Assembly: GCF_006345805.1 (NCBI RefSeq)
Contig: NC_043005.1
Span: forward strand, 31,186,001 to 31,250,000
Reading direction: 5' to 3'
From: Octopus sinensis
Lineage: Eukaryota
Length of the DNA: 64,000 nt
Shown here: in pieces, positions 37,575 to 48,397 of the stretch
Numbering within the stretch: position 1 is the stretch's first letter
Layout of the letters: each line of letters starts with the position of its first letter
Notes under the pieces: model-generated
Databases searched by the model: none
Told to the model about the DNA's origin: nothing
Seen by the model: only the letters and a program-made list of their open reading frames with translations
Position numbers and translations under genes: made by a program

Positions 37575-38460
37575 ATAAATATTTTATTTTAGAGTAAAGA
37601 TTATTTCTCTAATACTCCTATTACATCTAAAAGCTATAATAGGCGGAAGACGGAATATTAATCGGAAATGAGGATATTTTTCTGAAATATGTTGGTAACT
37701 TTCATGCAACACTTTTGAAATGCCAGCGAAACTTCGGTGCCAGTTAATCACTAAAGGAATTCGGCCATAAACTCTTTTCTGACTACTAAAATTAGGCGTG
37801 AAAGTTTGATTATCACCACTAATTTCAGCTATGTCATTCGCAATTTCCTTTAATCGTGATTTATTATAACCGAGCTTTACATAATGGCGCACAAAGGCAT
37901 TTGCATGTTTCCAATAATCTCCAATGTCTGCGCAAATATGTCTTATCCTCAAAAACTGGGACTTCGGATTTGATTTGATTGTATGATGTGGATGATCAGA
38001 GCGGCGGTGGAGATAAATATGGGATGACGTGGGTTTGCAAAATAATTGTGACTATTCGGCCTTCCGAAAACTTAACATTTGTATCTAAAAATTCGACACT
38101 AGTTTTTGAAAAGTTGAATTTTATTTTGGACCCAGTGCCGCAGTCTTCATCGAAGCAGTCACAGAAATGTAATAATTTGACTAAACTATCCTGTGTTCCT
38201 TCCCAGATAAAAAAGATGTCGTCAATGAGCCGTGACCAGGGATTTGAATGTCCCCATTAATTGCATTTCATGAAGACATTTGCAAAATTAACTGCCATTA
38301 AGAGTGCCCATTGCGCATCCCATCGTCTGATGGATTTTTTTCCAAACTTCATTGTGTTACTTTGTAACACAAATTTTAATAATTTAGAGAGAAACATTGA
38401 GGGAATACTTTTCTTTGACCGTTTTTCAAAGGCTTTCATGCATCGTGATCGATGTTGGAG
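37575..38460 (-). pseudogene. PLE RT fragment
   Basis: LMAVNFANVFM, SRLIDDIFFIW, VEFLDT, RIRHIC...IPLVINWH. Confidence 0.82.
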
Positions 38461-39599
38461 CATGAGGAAGAAACATCCGTGGTTACCAAAAGGTAACAGT
38501 TTTTAAGACTACTTCGATGTTTAGAAAATTTAATAATGATAATAGCGAACATCATGAACATGAATCAGCGAGATCCTTAAGAAGAAAGTTTAAATTTGAA
38601 ATCGTCACCAAGCTGGATTTAAGAGATCGCAAAAATGATAGAAAGTTATGCTTTAACCCGAAAGATTTCTTTCATATACGAAATATATAGGGCATAGTTT
38701 CTTCCAGATGCGTTGCTGCGGCGAAACATATGCGTAAAAGCGTAAACAACACGAGGAACTGCGAAATCCGTATACAACCGAGCTGTGAACAAAACTGTAC
38801 GAGTATTAATCATATTTACATTTTCATTTTCCATTTCTACACAGATGCATAATGCTGTTTCTTGCTTATATATCAAGTATAATGTTTATACAAACCACAC
38901 ACGAACACGTACAAGCTTTTATACATGAACGAAACAAACATCGAACGCAAGGTTTTTAAATAATAATAATAATAATTCTGAGATTGGTACTTGGATGTTG
39001 AATGTTTCCCACGATAATTAATAACCATGTATCAAAGAATATAATGTGCGAAAAGAGACCTTGTGACAACAGGCTGCTGTACGCTCTCACAGAATCAACC
39101 GGGTAAAATCCATGTAGGATTCTATGCAAAGCTCGTCCACAGTTATTTGGCTACCTGATGTCATCATACAGTGTAAATGGACCTGCTCCTGGGTATACAC
39201 CAGAAACTCCATAGCATTTGCAGAGTTTGATAGAAAATAGACAAGTGATAGAAAATGGAATTAACAACATTATTTAAAAATCACTAGAATTCCTTCAACA
39301 CATTCTTACACATCTAGTATATAAGATGTTGTGCAATTATTATTTTACATCCATTGTGTAAAATGTGTGTCCTCAGGTGATTGCTTAAATAAGCTTTTCA
39401 TTAGATATTCTCGGCATTTCACTCAGTGTGGTAAGGTATATCTAGAGTAATGTGTCGTTCCCGGTAGTTTACAGACGAAACTAAAACCATAGATATAATG
39501 ACACACAAAATATAATTACAATCAAAATGCAAAACACATAAATAAAAATAGATAAAAGAAAAGAGTAATGTTGACTATAAATTATCATTCTATCTTACA

Positions 39600-40375
39600 G
39601 TGGCGTATGGTGGTTATTGTATTGGGTGTGCTGCCACATCCAATGAATTGGTAGAACCATGCATGAATGCCTTCGAAAAACGGTCAAACAAAAGTATTCC
39701 ATCAAATTTTCTCTGTAGCTTATTGAGGTTTGTATTACACAATGAAGTCTGGGCAATAAAGACTGGACTAAAATTTTACCACCCGACGAGGTGTTGCACC
39801 ATGGGTACCCCTATGGCAGTTAATTTCGCTAATGTATTCATTACGAAATTCGCGACACAGTCACTGAAAACATTCAAATCTCTACATGGTCATGAACTAA
39901 TACCTGGTACTGTGGTTACAGTTCATTGATGGTGTCTATTTTGTCTGGGAAGGATCACAGGATAATTTAACTGCCTTCTTGCATTTCTGTAACTATTATG
40001 CCAAAAACTATGGCTTTAAATCCAACATAAAATTTACGTCTAGTTTTTCAAATACTAACGCTGAATTTTTGAACACAAGTTAAGATTTCTGGAAGCAGAA
40101 TAGTGACAGAGTTATTGTGCATGCCCACGTCATCCCATATTTACCTCCACCACTGCTCCGATCATCCATATCATATAATTCGGACAAATCCGAAATCCCA
40201 ATTTTTGAGGATAAAACGGATTTGTAATGACATAGGGAATTACTGGAAACATGCAAACGCTTTTGTATACCATTATGTCAAACGCGGTTACAGTGAATCA
40301 CGATTAAAGGAAATTGCAAATGACATATGTAAGATTAGCAAAGAAAGTCAAACCTTCATAGTCGCCAATATTGGG
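39600..40375 (+). pseudogene. PLE RT fragment, same family as 37575-38460, opposite strand
   Basis: CMNAFEKR, MGTPMAVNFANVF, HIYLHHCSDHP...SQFLRIKRIC. Confidence 0.82.
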
Positions 40376-40469
40376 ATATGAGGAAGAAACATCCATGGTT
40401 ACCAAAAAACAATTTTCAATAAGTATCCCGACTATAGGAACTTGATCTTTTCGCGACAGGGAGTAGAAA

Positions 40470-41185
40470 ACCATCCAGCCACTCCAGAATTGTGGCTATA
40501 CATTATTCATATCCGCTGTGCTAACTGGACGCATTGGAGGAAATCCTTCGAACTTTTTTGAGCATTTTGGGGAGACCATAAAATACAGGTGTTATTCATC
40601 CCGACTATCAAATCCTGGATTCGGCCTTATTAATGAAATTGTTTTCCTCCATTTCCAGAATTATTTTGTCAAGTTCCTCTCTGTAATTAGAGTTTCGATC
40701 GACAGGTAATTCTTCATATGGAGTTTTGTCACTTGAAACTTCTTCACAAGCCGAAATATTATCCCTTTTGTCCATAATTACAATAGTGCCTCACTTATCC
40801 GCCATTTTAATAACAATAGAATCATTATTAGCTAGACATCAGAGTGGGTAACTTTGGGAATTTGTGAGGTTATTCCAGGACTTCTTTCCACTTGTTTTAA
40901 GGCTTGTCTGACAAGAATCAAGAAATTCCAGTAGTGCTTGTGAACATCCATCCCAAACTTCATTTGGATACCAATTGGTGTTCTTTTCAATCCAATTATA
41001 CCAGATTCGATCATCATTTTTATTTTCAGTACGCGTAGGGTTTTCTGACTCTTAGTTACAATTTTTTACAAAAAAAACAAACAAAAAAAAACCTGAAATA
41101 GCCCTTGAGCATTTCTTGTCGAAATTCTTAGTGCTTGGGTAGAAACTCAGTGAGTTGAAAGTTTTAGTTGAGATAAATTTATGAC
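40470..41185 (-). pseudogene. PLE ORF N-terminal region
   Basis: VINLSQLKLS (41185), NNDSIVIKMADK*GTIVIMDK, PVFYGLPK...PPMRPVS. Confidence 0.8.
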
Positions 41186-41419
41186 CGACTTATTCTCTTG
41201 TGTGATGGATTTTCTTGGGCGAGTGGTTTTCAGATTCCTGATTACCTTTTGGGCTTTGCTCGAAATCTTCACTTAAAACACAGAACTTTACTGGGTGATA
41301 AAAATTGTTCTGAATATCCATGTGAGAAGTCATAATTTTTAGTCATCTTTCTAGTAGTAATCCATTTCTGGGTGGGTGAGTGACTTCTGTGGTTTTTGTA
41401 GGCATTTGAAAAAACATTT

Positions 41420-41830
41420 ACTTTCGGGAAAGGAACAAATTTATTGTTTTCGAGGCAAAATCTTAAATGTGCTCGCATTTTTTCTGCGGAAATAAAACTT
41501 CTCTGGAGCGTTTCTAATGACCAGTTCAAACCCGTACGCCAGGGCAAATAAACCACAATCATATGCGACAAATTGGTGATTAGTAACATGAACTTGTTGA
41601 ACTTTAGGAATTATGTTTGCTTGTGGTGAGTACAGCATTGTTATTTGTGCTGTTCATTTCTGTGGTACTGGTAAGTTCAAACTGTTATGAATATAAACAT
41701 CTCCGAAAAAATTGGTTGACAAAACAAAATGATTGTTCCTGGTATGATGAATGAATAGTTTGCGGTATGGACTTTATGTTAGAAATTCTGTGTGAGAAAA
41801 AATTGTTGGAATTTCAGGAAAATTTTGAAT
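41420..41830 (-). pseudogene. Decayed Ulp1/C48-like cysteine peptidase domain
   Basis: HHTRNNHFVLST..GDVYIHNSL...HQFVAYDCGLFALAY, then after a frameshift KMRAHLRFCLENNKFVPFP. His, Gln and Cys catalytic positions retained; Asp position reads Asn. Confidence 0.65.
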
Positions 41831-41969
41831 TTCTATCACTTTTCGTTTTGAACTCGACAAAGACAGGTTTGCTGTTCAACCAATCAAATTTTTATTGCAA
41901 TCGCATCGCGCTCTTCGTATTGTCTATTTACTTTTCTGAAGAGTTAGGTCAAGTCTTTTAAAAATATTA

Positions 41970-41975
41970 TTATTA

Positions 41976-42022
<47 letters not shown>

Positions 42023-42041
42023 GTGGTTGTTGTTGTTGTTA
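41970..42041. repeat. (ATT)n/(GTT)n microsatellite
   Basis: Directly visible. Confidence 0.95.
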
Positions 42042-42131
42042 TTATTCTGTTCTATATTTAAGAGATAAGAAATTATGTACATTATTTACATTATTTACAT
42101 TTGACTGATATTTGTCCTCATCTTTGTTGCT

Positions 42132-42177
42132 AGCACAACGTTTCGGCTGATATACCCTCCAGCTTTCATCAGGTGTT
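42132..42177 (-). ncRNA. Minimal type I hammerhead motif (canonical core) in a PLE pLTR
   Basis: AACAC-CUGAUGA-AAGCUG(GAGGGUAUAU)CAGCC-GAA-ACGU-U-GUGCU. First stem II pair is A-C. Confidence 0.72.
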
Positions 42178-42199
42178 TTCGGGAAATTTCGAACCTGAG

Positions 42200-42860
42200 T
42201 TCTCATTCCTAAAGTAAAACCAATCTCAACAGTATGTGAGTTGATAATAAAGTAATACCTAGAATTCTTTGGAAAATTCCTAATAATAGCTTCACGAAAC
42301 TGTAAGGGAAGATTAGATTTAATTTGGTTTTTCCAACACAAAAAATCTCTTACAAATTATCTCCTCACATAATATTAGCCTGTTAAATAGAGTTACATTT
42401 ACTAATACTAACATTTATTTAGCTAATACCATCCATATCCTAGAAATATTTATTAATAACAAGGTTATTGTATCTGAAGTCAATTATAACAGAATCAAGT
42501 TTATGTCAAGTAACTCTAAAATTAAAAATTCTATATACCAATGTAAAATTACTTCTGGTAATGAAGTATTTTTTTATATAGGAAGCACAGGGCTTAGTAA
42601 ATTAATTTGGTATCTAAAAGACAGCACAGGGCTTAGTAAATTAATTTGGTATCTAAAAGACCATAATAAACAATTTAATTTAGATTGATTGAATCTCTCA
42701 ATCTCGATACCTTATGATAAAGGCAAGGAATTCTGTCTTCTCTGTAATTCTCAACTATTTCCTATTCTTTTTTTCTAAAATTCCCATTGTAAATGCGGTT
42801 ATAGAGCGTGCATACCGATGTAAACATTGGCAGAAACAGACCTTTAGTTCATATAAGTGA
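42200..42860 (+). pseudogene. Naiad-type PLE linker and GIY-YIG fragment, with an inverted linker piece at about 42200-42310
   Basis: SIYQCKI...FYIGST...GLSKLIWYLKD...FCLLC...CKH (plus). EAIIRNFPKNS...NSHTVEIG (minus). Confidence 0.8.
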
Positions 42861-43177
42861 TATTTATCATTATATATAACTTAAACATTAATTTTCTTCT
42901 TACGTTTTACATTCACTAGATATATCTTTTTCCAAGACTATCGGGTTTTATTTAATTTACATATGGTTATGTAGTTCTTATTTAATTGACATATCGTTAT
43001 ATACTTCTCATTTATCTGGATTTTTCATTCCTTTACCCCACCTCTTTCTATAGGCTGCCTTTGACGTTATATCATCTAACGTTTTTTTTAAAACAAACTT
43101 AATAGCGTTCAGTTAATCACTATACATATCTATCATATTCTGTTAAAATGTCTTATTGACGAGTTTCCTTTCTTCAT

Positions 43178-43262
43178 TTTCCTGAAGAGAAGATTGCATT
43201 GTTTTACATCATTTTATTCCTTTGGAATAATACCAGTGATATCTTCGAAACATGTATCGGAA
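43178..43262 (+). ncRNA. Hammerhead-like motif with long stem II insert, 3' of the Naiad-type ORF
   Basis: UUUC-CUGAAGA-GAAGAU...AUCUUC-GAAA-CAUGUA-UC-GGAA. Confidence 0.6.
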
Positions 43263-43464
43263 GTAAAAGAATTTGAATAACACCTGCGTTTAACTCCATT
43301 TATTTATTTATTTATATATATTATACAAAATATTTCACGTAACCAGGAATTTCTACCTTTAAAAACAAGGAGTTACAACCTTTTTACTTGTGCGATTTTT
43401 TGCTACCCTGGTAACTATTTATCTATTTCTTCCGGAAATACACACACACACACAGACACACGCA

Positions 43465-43509
<45 letters not shown>

Positions 43510-43714
43510 TGCTTCATTCGGCTGGTCTACATTAATAAGGGGCAGATATCCTGTAGATGCCAGACCTGCAAGGGAAGGCGGCTGACCTCCCCTGTTTGAA
43601 GGTTATAATGGACACAGGTTTGTGTGTCACATAGCTAGCTTGAGGCGATGGCCTCTTGGAGCTAATCAACGGCAGCATTCGTCCTAGATTACAGGAGCAC
43701 GCCACAACTCCCAG

Positions 43715-43752
<38 letters not shown>

Positions 43753-43754
<2 letters not shown>

Positions 43755-44047
43755 TAGGTTTGACTTTTGCTTTACATTTGTACAAGTTGGATCCAAGTTT
43801 CACCCAGAGACCTCAAGAGACAACAAGTTGGAAGTTCATGTTGGTGTTATGCCTAGTGTGCCATATATTTGGTTTTGCACTTAGTGTTGTACTAGTGAAT
43901 GTCTAAAAAAACCATACGAAAATTATGTTTGTTTTAAAACTTGAGATTACATAGAAAGTACTTTGCGTAGGATATGAGTAGTTCCCACGAGCACTATCTT
44001 TTGAATTTCTGCCATTTTGGGGTTTCCTCGTATCTGAGTTAGGTAAC
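43753..44047 (-). mobile_element. R4/Dong extreme 3' end, between TAA tracts on both sides
   Basis: KMAEIQKIVLVGTTHILRKVLSM* plus 3' UTR. (TTA)n at 43717-43752 and 44048-44085. Confidence 0.85.
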
Positions 44048-44085
<38 letters not shown>

Positions 44086-44152
44086 GTGGCGAGCTGGCTG
44101 AAAAGTTAGCGCACTGAACGAAATGCTTAGTGCTATTTCGTCTGTCTTTATA
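44086..44152 (+). mobile_element. SINE family 1 head; body resumes at about 48270
   Basis: GGCGAGCTGGC...GAAATGCTTAG..TATTTCGTCTG matches the reverse complement of the 8872-9068 head. Confidence 0.75.
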
Positions 44153-44192
44153 TAGGCGTAGGATTGGCTGTGTGGTAAGTAGCTTGCTTACC

Positions 44193-46250
44193 CAGAATGC
44201 AACACTAGTTGGTCTGGACTGTTACAGTGAGCAGATGTGAGTTTCGGCTCCGCCAATAGAAAAAGAAAAGAACAAAAAGAAATATTGTCAATTATGGCTC
44301 ACTATAGTGAGCAAAATACTGGGTTCTCATCACCGAAACGGTGAATTGAGAATTTTTTTGAAAATTCTTCTTGTGAATTCTAGTGGGCGTATCTCGCCAG
44401 AAAAATAAGAATAAGCCATTTGGATTACCTTTTGGATTAACTTTTTGGAATATTATACAAAGGATTCCCTGTCTGTGCTATTTGTGAGGTTTTTCTTTTA
44501 CTTTTCCCTTCTTCTATTTTTCTTTCTAAATTTTGGTTCATTCTTTTCATTACTTTAATTTCGGTTTTCTCCCCTCCTCTTTTATTTTGTTTTATTTTTA
44601 TTCACTTTAATTTTTTGGCAGACTGTCTTTTGAACTACTTTTGAACTGTTTTTTGACATGGCAGAGAAGAAACTTAAAAAGAAAAACTCTGTCTTAGAGT
44701 GGGAAATTAACCCGCCTAAGCAATGGTTAAAAGATATGGAGGAGAAGACGATGATACCTAGAACGTATTCTAAAGTTCTTAATTCCATCACCGCCTTCCC
44801 AAAACAAGTCATAAAAAATGAACTTAAAGAACATTTGTCCTCTGTAAAATATATATCCCGTGGTGTCAAACATGCAACCGTATGGTTGCTGTTTGACAAT
44901 GGGGAAAATTCTCGCCAGTTTGCGAGTCAGCCTTTAGAAGGCAAGGAAATTCTGTTTCTCTCGTCATATTGTGGAAGAAAATTAATACGAGCCTGGGTAT
45001 GTGGGCTCCCCCCGTGCACCGAAGCGGATTGGATTGAAGATACCATCCGACGGGGACTGGGAGATGGCGGGTCCAGGCTCTTAAATGTAAGAGTATTGCC
45101 GGCGGTCGATTGGGAAGGGTCAAAAGCGATTTTGACCCTGTGGACCCCATCGGCCACAACAGAACTGGTTTTTCCAGACTTCTTGAAAATGGCTGGCTGC
45201 AGGTATCCGGAGATACTTGAGGGACGTCTCCCAAAGTGTCACTCGTGCCTGAAGCCAGGCCACATTAAAAGGAACTGCCTCAGGACCATGGTAAGGTCCT
45301 GGAACAGTCACTAGATGCCACCTCCCCTACCCGGTCAAAGGGAGAGGTGGCTGTGGTCGAGGAGGCCTCAGCCTCCTCATCTCAAAAAGGATTAAAAAGG
45401 TAGAAGGCAGGCAACAATAGTTGCCCGCCGAAGGAACCTAATGCTTCGGAAGGCGGGGAAGAGTCTCCGGACAAAGCGGAAGAGCTCCACTCTCCCGAAG
45501 CCAGGAAGAAAAGAAAAAAAAAGAAGGAAGAAGAACGGGTCATCTCAGCGGGGAGATGATGTGCCGACTGCATGTCCCGAAGTTGTGCCGCCCACGGTGG
45601 AAGAAACCAGCCCCACCCTTAAAGATGATCAATTATCTTTTTCTACAAGGGCGGGGAGGTAGAAAAATAGTAGAAGAACATAAAGAAACAGTAGATTATG
45701 CCCTTCACACGGGATCCCGAATGGCCTCCGCAGATAGCTGTGGAGGTCATAAGGTTTCTCTTGTGGGAAAGGCTTAAAGGATTTTGGGAGGAGTGTCGCA
45801 TATGGCCGGGTGGCCCTTACACGACTTACATGTCCTAAATGAGTGAGGCATGGGAAATGGCGGGATACAGGAACTCAAGCGGCATTGAAGATAATGATGA
45901 ATATATCGATGGATATATCGAAGAGTAGGAGGTGAAAGACCCTCGTTATAGGGTTTGAAACCTCATCTTACTGGATTATTTTGTAGTGGTTTATAACCTC
46001 AATTTTGTGTTTTAAGAAAGAAAAAAAAGAAAACATGTTAAGTAAGAGGTTTTAGTGCCTTCTCCTTGTAAGAGGTTCGAAACCTCATATTGATTTAAAA
46101 AAAAAAAGAAAATATGTTTTCGAGAAAAATCCAATCGGCGGGTGTTGGGTTTCGTCTCTCATTTAATTATATTTCATTTTCATTCATTAATGTATTTGTC
46201 CAGCTCGCAAAACTCTTTGTACTGTCTATATGACAAATTTATGAAATAAA
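44193..46250 (+). mobile_element. ORF1-only Tx1/L1-type retroelement (HAL1-like) with 14-16 bp TSD
   Basis: TSD GTAGCTTGCTTACC at 44179-44192 and 46251-46264. Ends in AATAAA. No APE or RT sequence seen inside. Confidence 0.8.
44658..45314 (+). CDS. L1/Tx1-type ORF1p (RRM-like region + CCHC knuckle); a low-complexity C-terminus continues after a frameshift to about 45930
   Basis: WVCGLPP...EGRLPKCHSCLKPGHIKRNC. The shifted frame reads ...EARKKRKKKKEEE... Confidence 0.75.
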   Translation: MAEKKLKKKNSVLEWEINPPKQWLKDMEEKTMIPRTYSKVLNSITAFPKQVIKNELKEHLSSVKYISRGVKHATVWLLFDNGENSRQFASQPLEGKEILFLSSYCGRKLIRAWVCGLPPCTEADWIEDTIRRGLGDGGSRLLNVRVLPAVDWEGSKAILTLWTPSATTELVFPDFLKMAGCRYPEILEGRLPKCHSCLKPGHIKRNCLRTMVRSWNSH

Positions 46251-46388
46251 GTAGCTTGCTTACCAACTACATGGTTCCGGGTTCAGTCCCACTGCATGGC
46301 ACCTTGGGCAAGTGTCTTCTACTATAGCCTCGGGCCGACCAAAGCCTTGTGAGTGGATTTGGTAGACGGAAACTGAAAGAAGACCGTC

Positions 46389-46478
<90 letters not shown>

Positions 46479-46669
46479 GTGTGTCTGTGTTTGTCCCCCC
46501 AACATCGCATGACAACCGATGCTGGTGTGTTTACGTCACCGTCACTTAGCGGTTCGGCAAGAGAGACCGATAGAATAAGAACTAGGCTTACAAAGAATAA
46601 GTCGTGGGATCGATTTACTCGATTAAAGGCGGTGTTCCAGCATGGCCGCAGTCAAATGACTGAAACAAA

Positions 46670-46718
<49 letters not shown>

Positions 46719-48272
46719 GTCTTTGCACAGCTTCTAACGTTGCAGATGTATTACAGAGTCAGCTGTTCACTACCAGTGAACTAAGGTAACACCTCTTATT
46801 TTTCGAGCACCTTCCGGAGTATTCAAACGGTTCCAAGCGCTGTTTTCTGCAAGTGCTACACTCTTACTGCAGCCCCTATTTGTTCCACGTAATTCTCGAG
46901 ATTTTTGCTCACTGTCCCCAGGGATCCGACAATTAATGGTACTACTGCTACCTTTTTCATCGACAACAACTACTTAACTCCCAAGCTAACCTGTCATATC
47001 TATCAACTTTCCTTTCTTCCTTATCGCATACATTTTTGTCAACTGGGCATGCTATATCTATGATCCAGCATAGTTAGTTTTCATTCTCAATTAAGACTAT
47101 GTCCAGCTTCCTATTCTCAATCTCATGGTCACACTGACTCATAAAATCTCATAGGATCTTTGCATTTCCATATTCGACGATGCCTTCAGGTTTGTGGTCA
47201 ACCTTTTTAATGTTGTAAATAATGTCGCTATCGTTCTCCTGTAGTCTTACCTTTATTCTGTCGTAGATTGCATTTTGTTCATCTGTCATGTCGACATTAG
47301 TTTTATTGTCTTCTTTAGATCATCTATATGTCTTTCATCAAGTAAACTACCACGGCTCCTTTCCTGTGCTGTGGGATTACTCTTATTAGTAAGAACTGTA
47401 TTTTCATTGCTATCTCTGCTGCTATTTTCCATGACCCATATTTTGATAGCTTCGAGCTCTACTTCTGTGAACCAACAATGTTTTTTTATTGCTCTTGCTC
47501 GATCACATAGTCTCTGTTCCGTGAGTTGAAACAATCCCTTTTCTCTCCAATGATCATACATACGTTGTCGGCAACCCCTAATTTGAGCACCATTTTCATC
47601 TACCTCTTTTTCCTGGTCTTTGTATTTTGAAAGTTTCTCCATTTCTTTTAGAGGAACGTTGTCATCTGCTGGTATTGATACATCAATTAGAAAGCATTTT
47701 TTCTTCATGATTTCTGACAACTATATCTTGCTAATTGGCCTTAACTTCTATATCTGTGTGTATTGGCATGTCCCATCGTGTGGTTGCTGTCTCATTTTCT
47801 GTCACCTTTTCAGGCGTGTGCTTATACCATCTACTTTCTGTTGGTATTCCATAGTGTTGGCATAGCTTCCAGTGTATGTAGGTCCAAACTCTGTTGTGCC
47901 TGTGAATATATTCCTTCTTAGCCAGGACTGGGCAACCAGACACAATGTGATTTATTGTTTCCAGTCCATCTCCACATATTCTGCAATTACTTATGTTTGT
48001 TTTCAGTATATGTTTTTGGTAATTTCTGGTGGGGAGGCTTTGGTCTTGTGTGCCATTAAAAATCCTTCAGTCTCTGCTTTAAGTCCTGAGCTTCTCAACC
48101 ATTGCTGTGATTTTGCTTTGTCTATCTCTTTTGCGTTTAGTTTAGCCCAGTATTTGCCATGAAGGGGCTTTTCTTGCCATCATTTTATCATGATTCGTTG
48201 CTGTCCAGTTTTAGTTTGGATTTCATTTGTTTTATAGCTTTCGTTGTTTCTTCTTCTTCTTCTTCTTCTTCT
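46719..48272 (-). mobile_element. Composite of R4/Dong pieces (3' end, N-terminal piece, and C-terminal piece of another family)
   Basis: 47600-48272: CRICGDGLETINHIVSGC...EKLSKYKD. This fuses to RQRMYDHW...EQRLCDRARAIKK, which jumps (about 47200) to NRKLDIVLIE and a 3' end at (TAA)n 46676-46718. Confidence 0.85.
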
Positions 48273-48397
48273 TAGTTCAAATTGCGCCCCGGTCGACTTT
48301 CCCTTTCATCCTTCCGGGGACGATAAATCAAGCACAAGTGAAACACTGGTGTCGATATAATCGACTTGTCCCCTCCTTGTACCTTTAGTACAAAGGA
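48270..48397 (+). mobile_element. SINE family 1 body
   Basis: AGTTCAAATT...GGTCGACTTT.CCTTTCATCCTT..GGGG...GTCGATATAATCGACTT, then an (ATT) tail. Confidence 0.8.

Larger units (their letters stand above)
44153..46670 (+). mobile_element. SINE family 2, interrupted by the 44193-46250 insertion
   Basis: Head GGATTGGCTGTGTGGTAAGTAGCTTGCTTACC. Resumes at 46251 with the B box GGTTCAGTCCC, central TA/TG tract and 3' half. An uninterrupted copy is at 62949-63348. Confidence 0.88.

Noticed and set aside
39060-39230. DNRLLY...IWLPDVII resembling Cys-loop receptor motifs (WxDxRL, IWxPD)
   Set aside because: The motifs are in different frames with a stop between them. An FPF-like word at about 35.1 kb lies in the wrong order, and there are no other supporting exons. 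Likely chance, but a TBLASTN would settle it.
43540-43715. GC-richer block suggestive of an HDV-like ribozyme or LINE 5' UTR
   Set aside because: I could not assemble P1/P1.1/P2/P3 in the correct order by hand.
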